A stretch of 24,130 bases of DNA from Mycobacteriales bacterium (GTDB lineage: Bacteria > Actinomycetota > Actinomycetes > BP-191): the NCBI GenBank assembly GCA_039922195.1, contig JBDSAK010000112.1, positions 1-24,130 of the forward strand, written 5' to 3'. Below, piece by piece: positions 1 to 8,369 of the stretch. Position 1 is the stretch's first letter, and the number at the start of each line of letters is the position of its first letter. Both the position numbers and the translations under genes were made by a program. The notes beneath the pieces are model-generated. The model ran no database searches. It was not told where the DNA came from and saw nothing but the letters and a program-made list of their open reading frames with translations.

Positions 1-1027
1 TAGTGAGCTTCGGCTCGACTGCGGTGAAGGTGATCGGCAGCTCGCGTGGCACGGCGGAGGCGAGGGCCTGCGGGATGAGCGCGACCAGCGCGTCGACGTC
101 CGCGGTGCGGCCGTTGATCGACGGCACGATGCGGACGGCGCCCTTGATGACGTCGATGCTCCCGTCCTTCGACGGGGTGTCGTACGACTTCAGCTGCGGC
201 AGGATCAGCGCCTTCGCCCCGGCACTGTCGAAGGCCAGCGTGTATCCGCCGGTTTCCTCCAGGTCGAGCGAGAGGAGGGACGCGATCTGCTGGACCGTGA
301 GGTCGACTCCGCGGCCGTCAGCGGCGAGCCGCAGCGGCCCACTGACCGTGGGCGTGACCAGCTTGACCGCCGCATCGACCTCCTCCGCAGAGGTGACGAC
401 GTCGATGGGCGTGACCGGTACGTCGACCGGCTCGGTGCTGACCGCTGCGAATCGCTCGTGCAGAGTCTTGACGGCCATTTCCCGGTCGAGGGTCCGGCCG
501 GCCGCAGGTTTGACGACCACGATCTTCGTGCCGGCGAGCTTGACGCTGCCCTCTCGTTTGGGCTTGTCGATCCTCTTGGCCAACGCGTCGACTGTCTTCG
601 TGATCGCGGCGTCGTCGACCATGATCTTGGGATCGTGATCGGTGCGGCCCGAGAAGGACCGGGCGACGGTGATGGGGTTGACCGATGATGCGGCGAGGCC
701 GTCAACGGTCTTGTCGTAGTCGATGGACAGCCCAGTCTCAGCCGGAACGACCTCCGTGCTCACCTCGGCGGCGGTCACCGGCACCGGCTGGCTCAACCGG
801 GGCTCGAGCTCGGCGCGCAGCATGGCCTTCGCCTCGGCCGAAGTCTTGCCACCGACGTCGACATTGCTGACGAATGTGCCGCGCGGCAACTTCCCCCAGG
901 TCAGGAGAACCGCGGCGGCGTAGACGATGATCGGGATCATCGCGAGCCCGATCATGACAAGGAAGATCGTCCGGTGGTCGGACCTGCGGTCGTCTTCGAC
1001 GTCCTCGTACTTCAGCGTGGCGGACAC
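1..1027 (-). CDS. VanW/YoaR-like membrane-anchored cell-envelope protein, N-terminal part (runs off the window edge)
   Basis: Not in the ORF track because no stop lies in the window. Manual translation from GTG 1027: VSATLKYEDVEDDRRSDHRTIFLVMIGLAMIPIIVYAAAVLLTWGKLPRGTFVSNVDVGGKTSAEAKAML...VEPKLT, open to base 2. One TM segment followed by a GTFVSNVDVGGKTSAEA motif typical of VanW/YoaR N-termini. The VanW domain itself would lie outside the window. Confidence 0.7.
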   Translation of the reverse strand, partial: MSATLKYEDVEDDRRSDHRTIFLVMIGLAMIPIIVYAAAVLLTWGKLPRGTFVSNVDVGGKTSAEAKAMLRAELEPRLSQPVPVTAAEVSTEVVPAETGLSIDYDKTVDGLAASSVNPITVARSFSGRTDHDPKIMVDDAAITKTVDALAKRIDKPKREGSVKLAGTKIVVVKPAAGRTLDREMAVKTLHERFAAVSTEPVDVPVTPIDVVTSAEEVDAAVKLVTPTVSGPLRLAADGRGVDLTVQQIASLLSLDLEETGGYTLAFDSAGAKALILPQLKSYDTPSKDGSIDVIKGAVRIVPSINGRTADVDALVALIPQALASAVPRELPITFTAVEPKLT

Positions 1028-1063
1028 GTCGCGGGATGGCCTTCTGTTTCGGGTGATGCACCG

Positions 1064-1069
1064 ATAGTA
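1064..1069 (-). promoter_or_regulatory. Putative -10 element (TACTAT) for the VanW-like gene
   Basis: TAnnnT hexamer in an AT-rich patch about 37 nt upstream of GTG 1027; AGAAGG Shine-Dalgarno-like sequence lies between them. Confidence 0.4.
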
Positions 1070-1103
1070 ATTGATCGCGCCTGCCGTGCTGGGTGCGGCC
1101 GAG

Positions 1104-2390
1104 TCAGCGGACCGCGTCGGACGTCGCGCTGACCGCGCTGCGCAAGTGCCTCGCGAAGCTGCGCGGGTGACGGACGGCGTCGCGGCTCGACGTTCGCAGC
1201 AGCACCGACGTGATGACGACCGTCGCGGCTGCGCCGGCCAGACCACCGAGGATTAGACCGCTGCGCGCCCCATAACGTTGCGCGAGCCAGCCAATAATCG
1301 GTGCCCCGATCGGCGTACCCCCGAGAAAGACCAGCGAATACAGCGCCATGACCCGGCCCCGGATCTCTTCGCCGGCATTGAGCTGCACGATGGCGTTGGC
1401 CGTCGCGGCGAAGGTGATCATGAGCAGGCCCATCGGTACGAGTAGCACCGCGAAAGCCACGATGTTGGGCGCGAAACCGACCAGCACGACCATGGCGCTG
1501 AAGAGCAGCGCCGAGGACACGAGCACGGCCACGCTCGGGCGGCCGCGGCGGGCGCTGAGCAGCGCCCCGCAGAGCGCGCCTACCGCCAGGGCGGACGACA
1601 GCACGCCGTACGCCGCCGCGTCGCGGTGGAACTCCTCCTTGGCCATCAGCGCCAAGTTGATCTGGCTGTTGAACACGAACATGCCGAGGCTGCCCACCAG
1701 AAGCACGGGCACGAGCAGCTCCCGCCGACCGGCGACGTAGGCGACGGCCTCACGGAACTGACCCCGCGCGCGCTCGACCCGATGGGCCGGCGTCAGATCG
1801 CTCACCTGCATCGCGCGCAACCCGATGATCACGGCAACGTAGGACAGCGCGTTGAGCGCGAAGACTGGCGCGATGTCCCAGGTCGCGATCACCACGCCGG
1901 CGATTGCGGGCCCGAGGATGCGCGCCAAGTTGAACGTCGCGCTATTGAGGGCGACCGCGTTGACCAGATCGTCGGAACCGACCATCTCGACTGTGAAGGA
2001 CTGCCGCGCAGGCATGTCGATGGCCGTCACAGTGCCAAGCAGCGCCGCGAGCACGCCGACCATCCAGATCTCGGCGTTGCCCGAGGCAACCAGCGCGAAC
2101 AGGACGGTAGCGAGCACCGCCGACGCGGACGCCGTACACAGCAGGATGCGGCGCTTGGGGTGTCGATCGGCCAGTGTGCCGCCGTACATCCCGAAGAAGA
2201 TCAACGGCAAGAACTGCAGCGCGGTGATGATGCCCAGAGCGACGCCGCGACCGCCGAGCGAGAGCACCAACCAGTCCTGGCCGACGGTGGACATCCAGGT
2301 GCCGACCAACGAGATGAGCTGGCCGGTCGCGAACAGCCGGTAGTTGCGGGTGCGGAAGGACCGGAACGTATGGCTCAGCGGCGGCGTCAC
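1104..2390 (-). CDS. MFS transporter (MFS_3/DUF894-like, about 12 TM)
   Basis: 428 aa hydrophobic protein; RNYRLFATGQLISLVGTWM, GGTLADRHPKRRILL and DMPARQSF motifs; GTG start overlaps the marR stop (GTGA). Confidence 0.93.
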   Translation of the reverse strand: MTPPLSHTFRSFRTRNYRLFATGQLISLVGTWMSTVGQDWLVLSLGGRGVALGIITALQFLPLIFFGMYGGTLADRHPKRRILLCTASASAVLATVLFALVASGNAEIWMVGVLAALLGTVTAIDMPARQSFTVEMVGSDDLVNAVALNSATFNLARILGPAIAGVVIATWDIAPVFALNALSYVAVIIGLRAMQVSDLTPAHRVERARGQFREAVAYVAGRRELLVPVLLVGSLGMFVFNSQINLALMAKEEFHRDAAAYGVLSSALAVGALCGALLSARRGRPSVAVLVSSALLFSAMVVLVGFAPNIVAFAVLLVPMGLLMITFAATANAIVQLNAGEEIRGRVMALYSLVFLGGTPIGAPIIGWLAQRYGARSGLILGGLAGAAATVVITSVLLRTSSRDAVRHPRSFARHLRSAVSATSDAVR

Positions 2391-2815
2391 GACCCGGCCA
2401 GCCGTTCGATGATGTGCGCGGCCGCCCGCAGGGTCGCCCGCTCGTCCTCGGAGACCTCACGGAGCCGGTGGCACAGCCACGCATCGCGGCGCTGCCGGTC
2501 GGCGGCCAGCAAGGCGCGGCCGGCGTCCGTGGCCTCGAGCAGTACCTGCCGGCCGTCGGTGGCGTGGCGCACCCGGCGGACGAGCTGGAGTTGCTCGAGC
2601 GCGACGACGAGGCGAGTCATGGACGGCGGCTGCACGTATTCGAGCGCAGCAAGCTCGCCCAGTGAGATGGTGCCGGAGCGCTCGACCGTCGCGAGGGCAG
2701 ACAGTTGCGACGTGGTCAGCGAATCGTCGGTGCGCTCGCGGCGCAGGCGGCGCGAGAGCCGCATGACCGCGATACGCAGCTCACTGGCGAGTCGGGGATC
2801 AATGGTTGCGGGCAC
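2387..2815 (-). CDS. MarR-family transcriptional regulator
   Basis: 142 aa; LTTSQLSALATV, LGELAALEYVQPPSMTRLVVALE winged HTH, DGRQVLLEAT wing motif. Confidence 0.95.
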   Translation of the reverse strand: MPATIDPRLASELRIAVMRLSRRLRRERTDDSLTTSQLSALATVERSGTISLGELAALEYVQPPSMTRLVVALEQLQLVRRVRHATDGRQVLLEATDAGRALLAADRQRRDAWLCHRLREVSEDERATLRAAAHIIERLAGS

Positions 2816-2820
2816 GATCG

Positions 2821-2846
2821 TTAGTCTAGCTGATTAGCTTTGCTAA
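2821..2846. promoter_or_regulatory. Tandem palindromic operator (probably MarR) overlapping a TAGACT -10 element of a leaderless marR transcript
   Basis: Perfect TTAGC-TTT-GCTAA at 2834-2846 abuts a degenerate copy TTAGT-CTA-GCTGA at 2821-2833. Minus-strand TAGACT at 2823-2828 lies 7 nt from the GTG start at 2815. Confidence 0.6.
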
Positions 2847-2940
2847 GGGAATTGGTTTTCGGCGGGAGGTTTGGCAGGCTGCAGCCGACGCGGCAGGCCC
2901 GGCACATCGACCAGGCACGAGCAGAGCCCGGAGGGATCGG

Positions 2941-3567
2941 ATGGCGACGACCCCCGCACGATCCCCGGCTGCCGCGACCGTGTCGGCGGCGAAGCCCGAC
3001 TACCCCGTTCTGTTCTTCGCGTCCCAACCGGAATGGGAAAGTTGGCTCGCCGCCGAGCACGCCGCTGCAGACGGCGTCTGGATCAAGATGGCCAGGAAGT
3101 CCACGGGCATCGACAGTATCGACTGGCCGGCCGCGCTCGAGGTCGCGCTGTGCTACGGCTGGATCGACGGCACCCGCAAACGGCTCGACGACGTCTACTT
3201 CCTGCAGAAGTTCACGCCGCGGCGCGCGCGCAGCCCGTGGTCGCAGATCAACATCGGCCACGTCGAGCGGCTGATCCGCGAAGGCCGGATGCAGCCGGCC
3301 GGTCAGGCAGAGGTGGACCGGGCCAAAACGGACGGCCGCTGGGAGCGCGCGTATGCGTCGCCCAGCAAGGTGCAGGTGCCCGCCGATCTGCAGACTGCGC
3401 TCGATGCCAACCCGGATGCCGCTGCGTTCTTCGCGACATTGAAGAGCACGAACCGGTACGCCGTGCTCTACCGCATCCAGGACGCGAAGCGACCCGAGAC
3501 CAGGGCGCGGCGCATCGCGACGTTCGTCGACATGCTCGCGCGCGGCGAGACGCTCTATCCCCAGTAG
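2941..3567 (+). CDS. YdeI/OmpD-associated family protein
   Basis: 208 aa; EVALCYGWIDG, FTPRRARSPWSQIN, VPADLQTALDANP and KRPETRARRI motifs; GGAGG SD at 2930-2934. Confidence 0.9.
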   Translation: MATTPARSPAAATVSAAKPDYPVLFFASQPEWESWLAAEHAAADGVWIKMARKSTGIDSIDWPAALEVALCYGWIDGTRKRLDDVYFLQKFTPRRARSPWSQINIGHVERLIREGRMQPAGQAEVDRAKTDGRWERAYASPSKVQVPADLQTALDANPDAAAFFATLKSTNRYAVLYRIQDAKRPETRARRIATFVDMLARGETLYPQ

Positions 3568-3583
3568 TTCGTTGCGGCAGCAG

Positions 3584-5017
3584 CTACTTGATGCCGAGTG
3601 CCTGCTCGACCGGGTCGATGGCGAAGTAGATGACGAAGAGCAGCGCGACGACGAACAGCAGCGGGCTCACCGTGCGTGCGCGGCCGCGCGCCAGCTTGAT
3701 GACGACGTACGCGATGAAGCCGGCACCGATTCCGTTGGTGATCGAGTAGGTGAAGGGCATCAGCACGATCGCCAGGAACGCCGGTATCGCAATGTCGTAG
3801 TCGTCCCAGTCGATGTGACGGACCTGGGTCATCATCAGGAAGCCGACCACCACGAGCACCGGCGACGCGGCCTCGTATGGCACGACTGTGACGAGCGGCG
3901 TGAGAAACAGCGCCAGCAAGAACAATCCGCCCGTCACGACACTCGCGAGCCCCGTGCGTGCACCCTCCCCGACACCGGCGGCGGATTCGATGTAGGTCGT
4001 GTTGGACGAGACCGAGGCCGCGCCGCCGGCGACGGCGGCCAGCGAGTCGACCATCAGGACGGGGCCGACGCCGGGAAGCCGGCCGTCCGCGTCGAGCAAC
4101 TCCGCCTCGGCGCCGACGCCGACAACGGTTCCCATCGTGTCGAAGAAGTCCGAGAGCATCAGGGTGAAGACGAACAGCAGGGCGCTGATGATGCCGACCT
4201 TGGCGAACGAGCCGCCGAGGCTGAACTGACCGAGCAGCCCGAGGTCGGGTGAGTCGAAAACTTTGTCGGGCAGCTCCGGGACGTTGAGCTGCCAGCCGGT
4301 CGGTGTGATGATCGGCGTTTCGCCCGGCTGGAAGCTGGCCGGGACGTCCGCGATGGCGTTGACGATGATCGCGAAAATCGTCGTGACGATGATCGTGATG
4401 AGCAACGCGCCGCGGACACGTCGGGTCAGCAGGACGATGGCGATCAGCAGACCGACGACGAACACGACCGTCGGCCAGCCGGCCAGGCGGGTCCCGATGC
4501 CGAGTTCTACCGGCACCGGCCCCGCACCCGTACGCCGGATGAAGCCGGCGTCGACGAAGCCGATGAGGGCGATGAACAGACCGATGCCCACGGCAATCGC
4601 GTGCTTCAGCGCCATCGGTACGGCGTTCATCACCGCCTCCCGTAGCCCGGTCGCGACCAGCAGCGTGATGAGCAAGCCTTCGATGACGACCACACCCATC
4701 GCCGCCGGCCAGGACATGACGCGCGCCAGTTGAAAGGCGACCACAGCATTGAGTCCGAGCCCTGCGGCGATCGCGAACGGGTACTTGCCGACGACGCCCA
4801 TCAGGATCGTCATGACTGCCGCGACGAGAGCCGTCGCCGCCGCGATCTGCACCCGGTCGAGCTGGTCGCCGTTGACATCCTTCGCACCACCCAGAATCAG
4901 CGGGTTGAGAACCACGATGTAGGCCATCGTGAAGAACGTCGCGAGGCCGCCGCGGACCTCTCGACCGACCGTGGAACGGCGGGCGGTGATGTGGAAATAT
5001 CGGTCGATCGCAGTCAT
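3584..5017 (-). CDS. NCS2/AzgA-type nucleobase (purine) permease
   Basis: 477 aa from ATG 5017 (GGAG SD); EVRGGLATFFTMAYIVVLNP, DFFDTMGT, SSNTTYIESAAGVGEGARTG and MPFTYSITNGIG motifs. Confidence 0.95.
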   Translation of the reverse strand: MTAIDRYFHITARRSTVGREVRGGLATFFTMAYIVVLNPLILGGAKDVNGDQLDRVQIAAATALVAAVMTILMGVVGKYPFAIAAGLGLNAVVAFQLARVMSWPAAMGVVVIEGLLITLLVATGLREAVMNAVPMALKHAIAVGIGLFIALIGFVDAGFIRRTGAGPVPVELGIGTRLAGWPTVVFVVGLLIAIVLLTRRVRGALLITIIVTTIFAIIVNAIADVPASFQPGETPIITPTGWQLNVPELPDKVFDSPDLGLLGQFSLGGSFAKVGIISALLFVFTLMLSDFFDTMGTVVGVGAEAELLDADGRLPGVGPVLMVDSLAAVAGGAASVSSNTTYIESAAGVGEGARTGLASVVTGGLFLLALFLTPLVTVVPYEAASPVLVVVGFLMMTQVRHIDWDDYDIAIPAFLAIVLMPFTYSITNGIGAGFIAYVVIKLARGRARTVSPLLFVVALLFVIYFAIDPVEQALGIK

Positions 5018-5108
5018 CTGAACTCCGGGGAGGTCACGTCGGCGGCGGACGAGCTGGATAGGCCTAGAGCTACCAGACCCACCACCTCGCGCGCACGCGG
5101 CGCGCCGG

Positions 5109-6128
5109 TCAGCTCGGCGCTGGTCCGGTGGAATCGCGAACAACCAGCTCCGTCGCGAGTTCGATGTGCAGGGACTCTCCCTCGTGCCCATCGAGGAGCC
5201 GCATGAGCAACGTGACGGCCATCCGGCCCATCTCCTGCAATGGCTGGCGCACCGTCGTCAATTGCGGCTGCGTCGCCCGACTCACGTCGATGTCGTCGAA
5301 CCCCGTGATCGACAGGTCATCGGGCACGCGCAGCCCTCGTTCGAGTGCGGCGCGCAACGCGCCAACCGCGATCTTGTCGTTGAAGCTGACGAGAGCGGTC
5401 GGCCGATCAGGCAGGTCGAGCAATTCGCCGGCGGCGGCGTACCCCGCCTCGGCGGTGGCCGCGACGTCGCGCACGATCTCGCGGGCCGGCAGGACGCCGA
5501 CCTCGGCCATGGCGGCGCGGTGCCCAGCCAATCGCGCATCCGATGCCAGCCAGCCGTCCGGGCCGCCGATGACACCGATCCGCCGGTGGCCGAGCTCGAC
5601 CAAATGGGCGGTCAATGCCCGGGCGCCGGAGAAATGCGCGGCTGAAACCGCCGCGATGTTGCGGGGCACCAACGTCCGCGGATCCACCACAACGAACGGG
5701 AAGCCGCTGCGACGTAAGGAGATCAGCTCCTGCTCCGGCTCGGGCGGCAGGATCAGCAGCGCGCCACTGATGCCATCGTCGTCGGGCAGCGCGCCGAGCA
5801 CATGGGCTGACTGGATCGCCTCGCCCGCGTTGAGCACGACGCGCCGGCCGTGTAGCGCCAGCGTCTCCGCGATCGAGGACACGATGATTCCGAAGTAGTC
5901 GGTGAGCACATAGGGGCAGCGAACGTAGACCGCGCCACGCGCCGACCGGGCGGGACCGCTCGCCCTGCGCGCATCGGCGCGTCGCCTCTCGACGGCCTCG
6001 AGGACGAGTTCCCGCGTGCGCGGAGCGACGTTGTCGTGGTTGTTGAGGACTCTTGAGACGGTCGCAATGGATACGCCGGTGTCCTCGGCGATGACCCGGA
6101 CGGTCGCCCTGGTCTTCGCGTCAACCAT
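5109..6128 (-). CDS. LacI-family transcriptional regulator with atypical hinge region
   Basis: 339 aa; HTH TVRVIAEDTGVSIATVSRVLN; sugar-binding core with LGHRRIG, VPDDLSITGFDD and PQLTTVRQP. Confidence 0.95.
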   Translation of the reverse strand: MVDAKTRATVRVIAEDTGVSIATVSRVLNNHDNVAPRTRELVLEAVERRRADARRASGPARSARGAVYVRCPYVLTDYFGIIVSSIAETLALHGRRVVLNAGEAIQSAHVLGALPDDDGISGALLILPPEPEQELISLRRSGFPFVVVDPRTLVPRNIAAVSAAHFSGARALTAHLVELGHRRIGVIGGPDGWLASDARLAGHRAAMAEVGVLPAREIVRDVAATAEAGYAAAGELLDLPDRPTALVSFNDKIAVGALRAALERGLRVPDDLSITGFDDIDVSRATQPQLTTVRQPLQEMGRMAVTLLMRLLDGHEGESLHIELATELVVRDSTGPAPS

Positions 6129-6129
6129 T

Positions 6130-6280
6130 TGTTACATCCGCGGATTGATCCTGCATGCCGCGACTATAGAGGCGCACCCGGCCGGAAGTGCGCATCTCTT
6201 ACCGGCCCGGCTCTTGACAGCCACGCGTGTCGCTGTTTCGGTGTGTTTCACGACGTTCCATCTTGTTACACCTTGTTACA
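6130..6280. promoter_or_regulatory. Divergent lacI/GH30 control region with phased TGTTWCA direct repeats
   Basis: TGTTTCG 6234-6240, TGTTTCA 6244-6250, CGTTCCA 6254-6260, TGTTACA 6264-6270, TGTTACA 6274-6280, plus TGTTACA 6130-6136. Perfect TTGACA at 6214-6219 (+). TATAGT -10 at 6163-6168 (-). Confidence 0.65.
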
Positions 6281-6329
6281 TCAATCCAGTCGCCGACGGA
6301 CACCTGCGGCGTCAGAGGGAGTCATCGTG

Positions 6330-8309
6330 ATGCCTCGAACCGTTCGCACGCTCGTTGCCGGGACGACGGCAGCGGTCGCGCTCGTGCTCGCACCCGGCAC
6401 GGCCTCCGGTCATGTTCCAGGCGGCGCCGGGGCGAGCGCCGGTACGCCGGCCGCACAGGTCTGGATGACCACGGTCGACCGCAGCGAGCAGCTCACGCGT
6501 CGCGCCGACGTGCCCTTCAGCTTCGGTGGCAGCGACGAGCTGACGGTCACCGTCGACCCGAGCCGGACCTACCAGGAGATGGACGGCTTCGGTGCCTCCA
6601 TCACCGACTCGTCTGCCGTACTGCTCGCGGCCCTGCCGCGGGCAAAGCGCGACGAGGTCATGCGGTCGCTCTTCAGCCGCGACGGCGGCATTGCGCTGGG
6701 CTTCCTGCGCCAGCCGATGGGAGCGTCGGACTTCGTCGCCGGCCCGCACTACACCTACGACGATCTGCCCGCCGGCGAGACCGACTACGACTTGAGCGAG
6801 TTCACAGTCGCGCACGACGAGGCGCAGATTTTGCCGCTGCTCCGCCAGGCGCTGGCGCTCAACCCCGCTATCAAGGTGATGGGTACGCCGTGGAGCCCGC
6901 CGGCGTGGATGAAGGACAACCAGTCGCTGGTCGGCGGCCGGCTGATCGATGACGACCGCATCTACGCGACGTACGCCCAGTACTTCGTGAGGTTCATCCA
7001 GGCCTACCAGGCGGCCGGCGTACCGGTTCAGTACGTGACGGTGCAGAACGAGCCGCAGAACCGCACCCCCGGCGGCTACCCCGGTATGGACATGCCGGTC
7101 GCCGACCAAGTGCGGCTGATCTCCGTCCTCGGCCCGGCGCTGCGCGATGCCGGCCTCAAGACACAGATCATCGGCTACGACCACAACTGGGCGACGCACC
7201 CGAACGACCTGACGCCCGAGAGCTTGCCGCCCGGCCGCGATCCCGAACCCGACTACGCCGCCGACGTCCTGTCCAGCGAGGCCCGCCGGTGGGTGGCCGG
7301 CACGGCGTTCCACTGCTACTACGGCGACCCGAGCGCCATGACGGCTCTGCACAATCGCTTCCCGGACAAGGGAATCTGGTTCACCGAGTGCTCCGGCTCC
7401 CATGGCCCAAGCGACCCGCCGGCACAGGTATTCGCCGACACGCTGAAATGGCACTCCCGCAACGTCACCCTTGGCACTACCCGCAACTGGGCCAAGTCCG
7501 TCGTCAACTGGAATCTCGCGCTCGACCCGTCCGGCGGTCCGCACAACGGCGGTTGCGGCAGCTGCACCGGGGTTGTCACGGTCGCCACTGACGGCACCGT
7601 GACGCGCAATGCCGAGTACTACACGCTGGGCCACATGAGCAAGTTCGTGCAGCCCGATGCGATGCGCATCGCCAGCAGCAACTATGGCACCACCGGGTGG
7701 AACGGCCAGATCATGAACGTGGCGTTCCGAAACCCGGACGGCAGCGTCGTTCTCGTTGCCCACAACGAGAACGACAACCCACGCACCTTCGCTGTTGCCA
7801 TGGGAGATCAGCACTTCGAATACACGCTGCCGGGTGCGGCGCTCGCCACGTTCGTGTGGCCGGCCAGCAAAGCACTGCGCAGCAAGTTCGACCTGCTCGA
7901 CATCACCGGTGCAACCGCAACCGCGTCGCCCACCGGTGACAACCCGGGTGCGCTGGTCGACGACGACGCCTCGAGCCGTTGGTCGGCCGGCACCGCACAG
8001 GTGCCCGGTCAGTACTTCACGATCGACCTCGGCCGCAAGGTCCACGCGTCGCGAGTTGTGCTCGACGCCGGTGCAGCCGCTGGCAACCCCTGGTGGGCGC
8101 CAACCGGCAATCCCAGCAGCGACTACGCCCGCAGTTGGGAGCTGTACACCAGCCTCGATGGCTCCACGTGGACGCGGGTCGCGACCGGTCTCGGTACTGG
8201 CCAGCTGACGACGATCGACGTCGGCATGGACGCGCGCTTCCTGCGCGTCGTCAACACCGGCACCGCCGGCAACTGGTGGAGCGTCGCTGACGTACGCCTG
8301 TACCGCTGA
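6330..8309 (+). CDS. Secreted GH30 glycoside hydrolase (likely GH30_3 endo-beta-1,6-glucanase type) with C-terminal F5/8 type C (CBM32/discoidin) domain
   Basis: 659 aa from ATG 6330 (AGAGGGAG SD); Sec-type signal peptide; GFGASITDS, LRQPMGASDF, PWSPPAWMK, acid/base VQNEP, nucleophile WFTECSG, WNLALDPSGGPHNGGCGSCTG; C-terminal SSRWSAGTAQ...WWSVADVRLYR. Confidence 0.92.
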   Translation: MPRTVRTLVAGTTAAVALVLAPGTASGHVPGGAGASAGTPAAQVWMTTVDRSEQLTRRADVPFSFGGSDELTVTVDPSRTYQEMDGFGASITDSSAVLLAALPRAKRDEVMRSLFSRDGGIALGFLRQPMGASDFVAGPHYTYDDLPAGETDYDLSEFTVAHDEAQILPLLRQALALNPAIKVMGTPWSPPAWMKDNQSLVGGRLIDDDRIYATYAQYFVRFIQAYQAAGVPVQYVTVQNEPQNRTPGGYPGMDMPVADQVRLISVLGPALRDAGLKTQIIGYDHNWATHPNDLTPESLPPGRDPEPDYAADVLSSEARRWVAGTAFHCYYGDPSAMTALHNRFPDKGIWFTECSGSHGPSDPPAQVFADTLKWHSRNVTLGTTRNWAKSVVNWNLALDPSGGPHNGGCGSCTGVVTVATDGTVTRNAEYYTLGHMSKFVQPDAMRIASSNYGTTGWNGQIMNVAFRNPDGSVVLVAHNENDNPRTFAVAMGDQHFEYTLPGAALATFVWPASKALRSKFDLLDITGATATASPTGDNPGALVDDDASSRWSAGTAQVPGQYFTIDLGRKVHASRVVLDAGAAAGNPWWAPTGNPSSDYARSWELYTSLDGSTWTRVATGLGTGQLTTIDVGMDARFLRVVNTGTAGNWWSVADVRLYR

Positions 8310-8337
8310 TACACAGACGAGACTGCGGTGAACCTCT

Positions 8338-8369
8338 GACGCTATGGGTGGGGCGGCACCCATAGCGTC
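8338..8369. terminator. Perfect 13-bp hairpin, probable bidirectional terminator
   Basis: GACGCTATGGGTG-gggcgg-CACCCATAGCGTC between convergent genes, 29 nt after the GH30 stop. Confidence 0.8.

Noticed and set aside
3-1061. Track ORFs 3-638(+), 205-705(-) and 738-1061(-)
   Set aside because: Alternative frames of the real minus-strand gene starting at 1027.
5018-5108. Possible purine riboswitch upstream of the NCS2 permease
   Set aside because: Only 91 nt to the lacI stop and no recognisable purine-riboswitch core.
6234-6280. Repeat array as a CRISPR remnant or a GlnR/PhoP box
   Set aside because: Units are 7 bp with 3-bp spacers and no cas genes are present; the period is 10 bp, not the 11 bp of those boxes.
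6312-8363. 683-aa minus-strand ORF antisense to the GH30 gene
   Set aside because: Mirror-frame shadow typical of high-GC codon bias; no recognisable motifs, while the plus-strand gene has full catalytic signatures.
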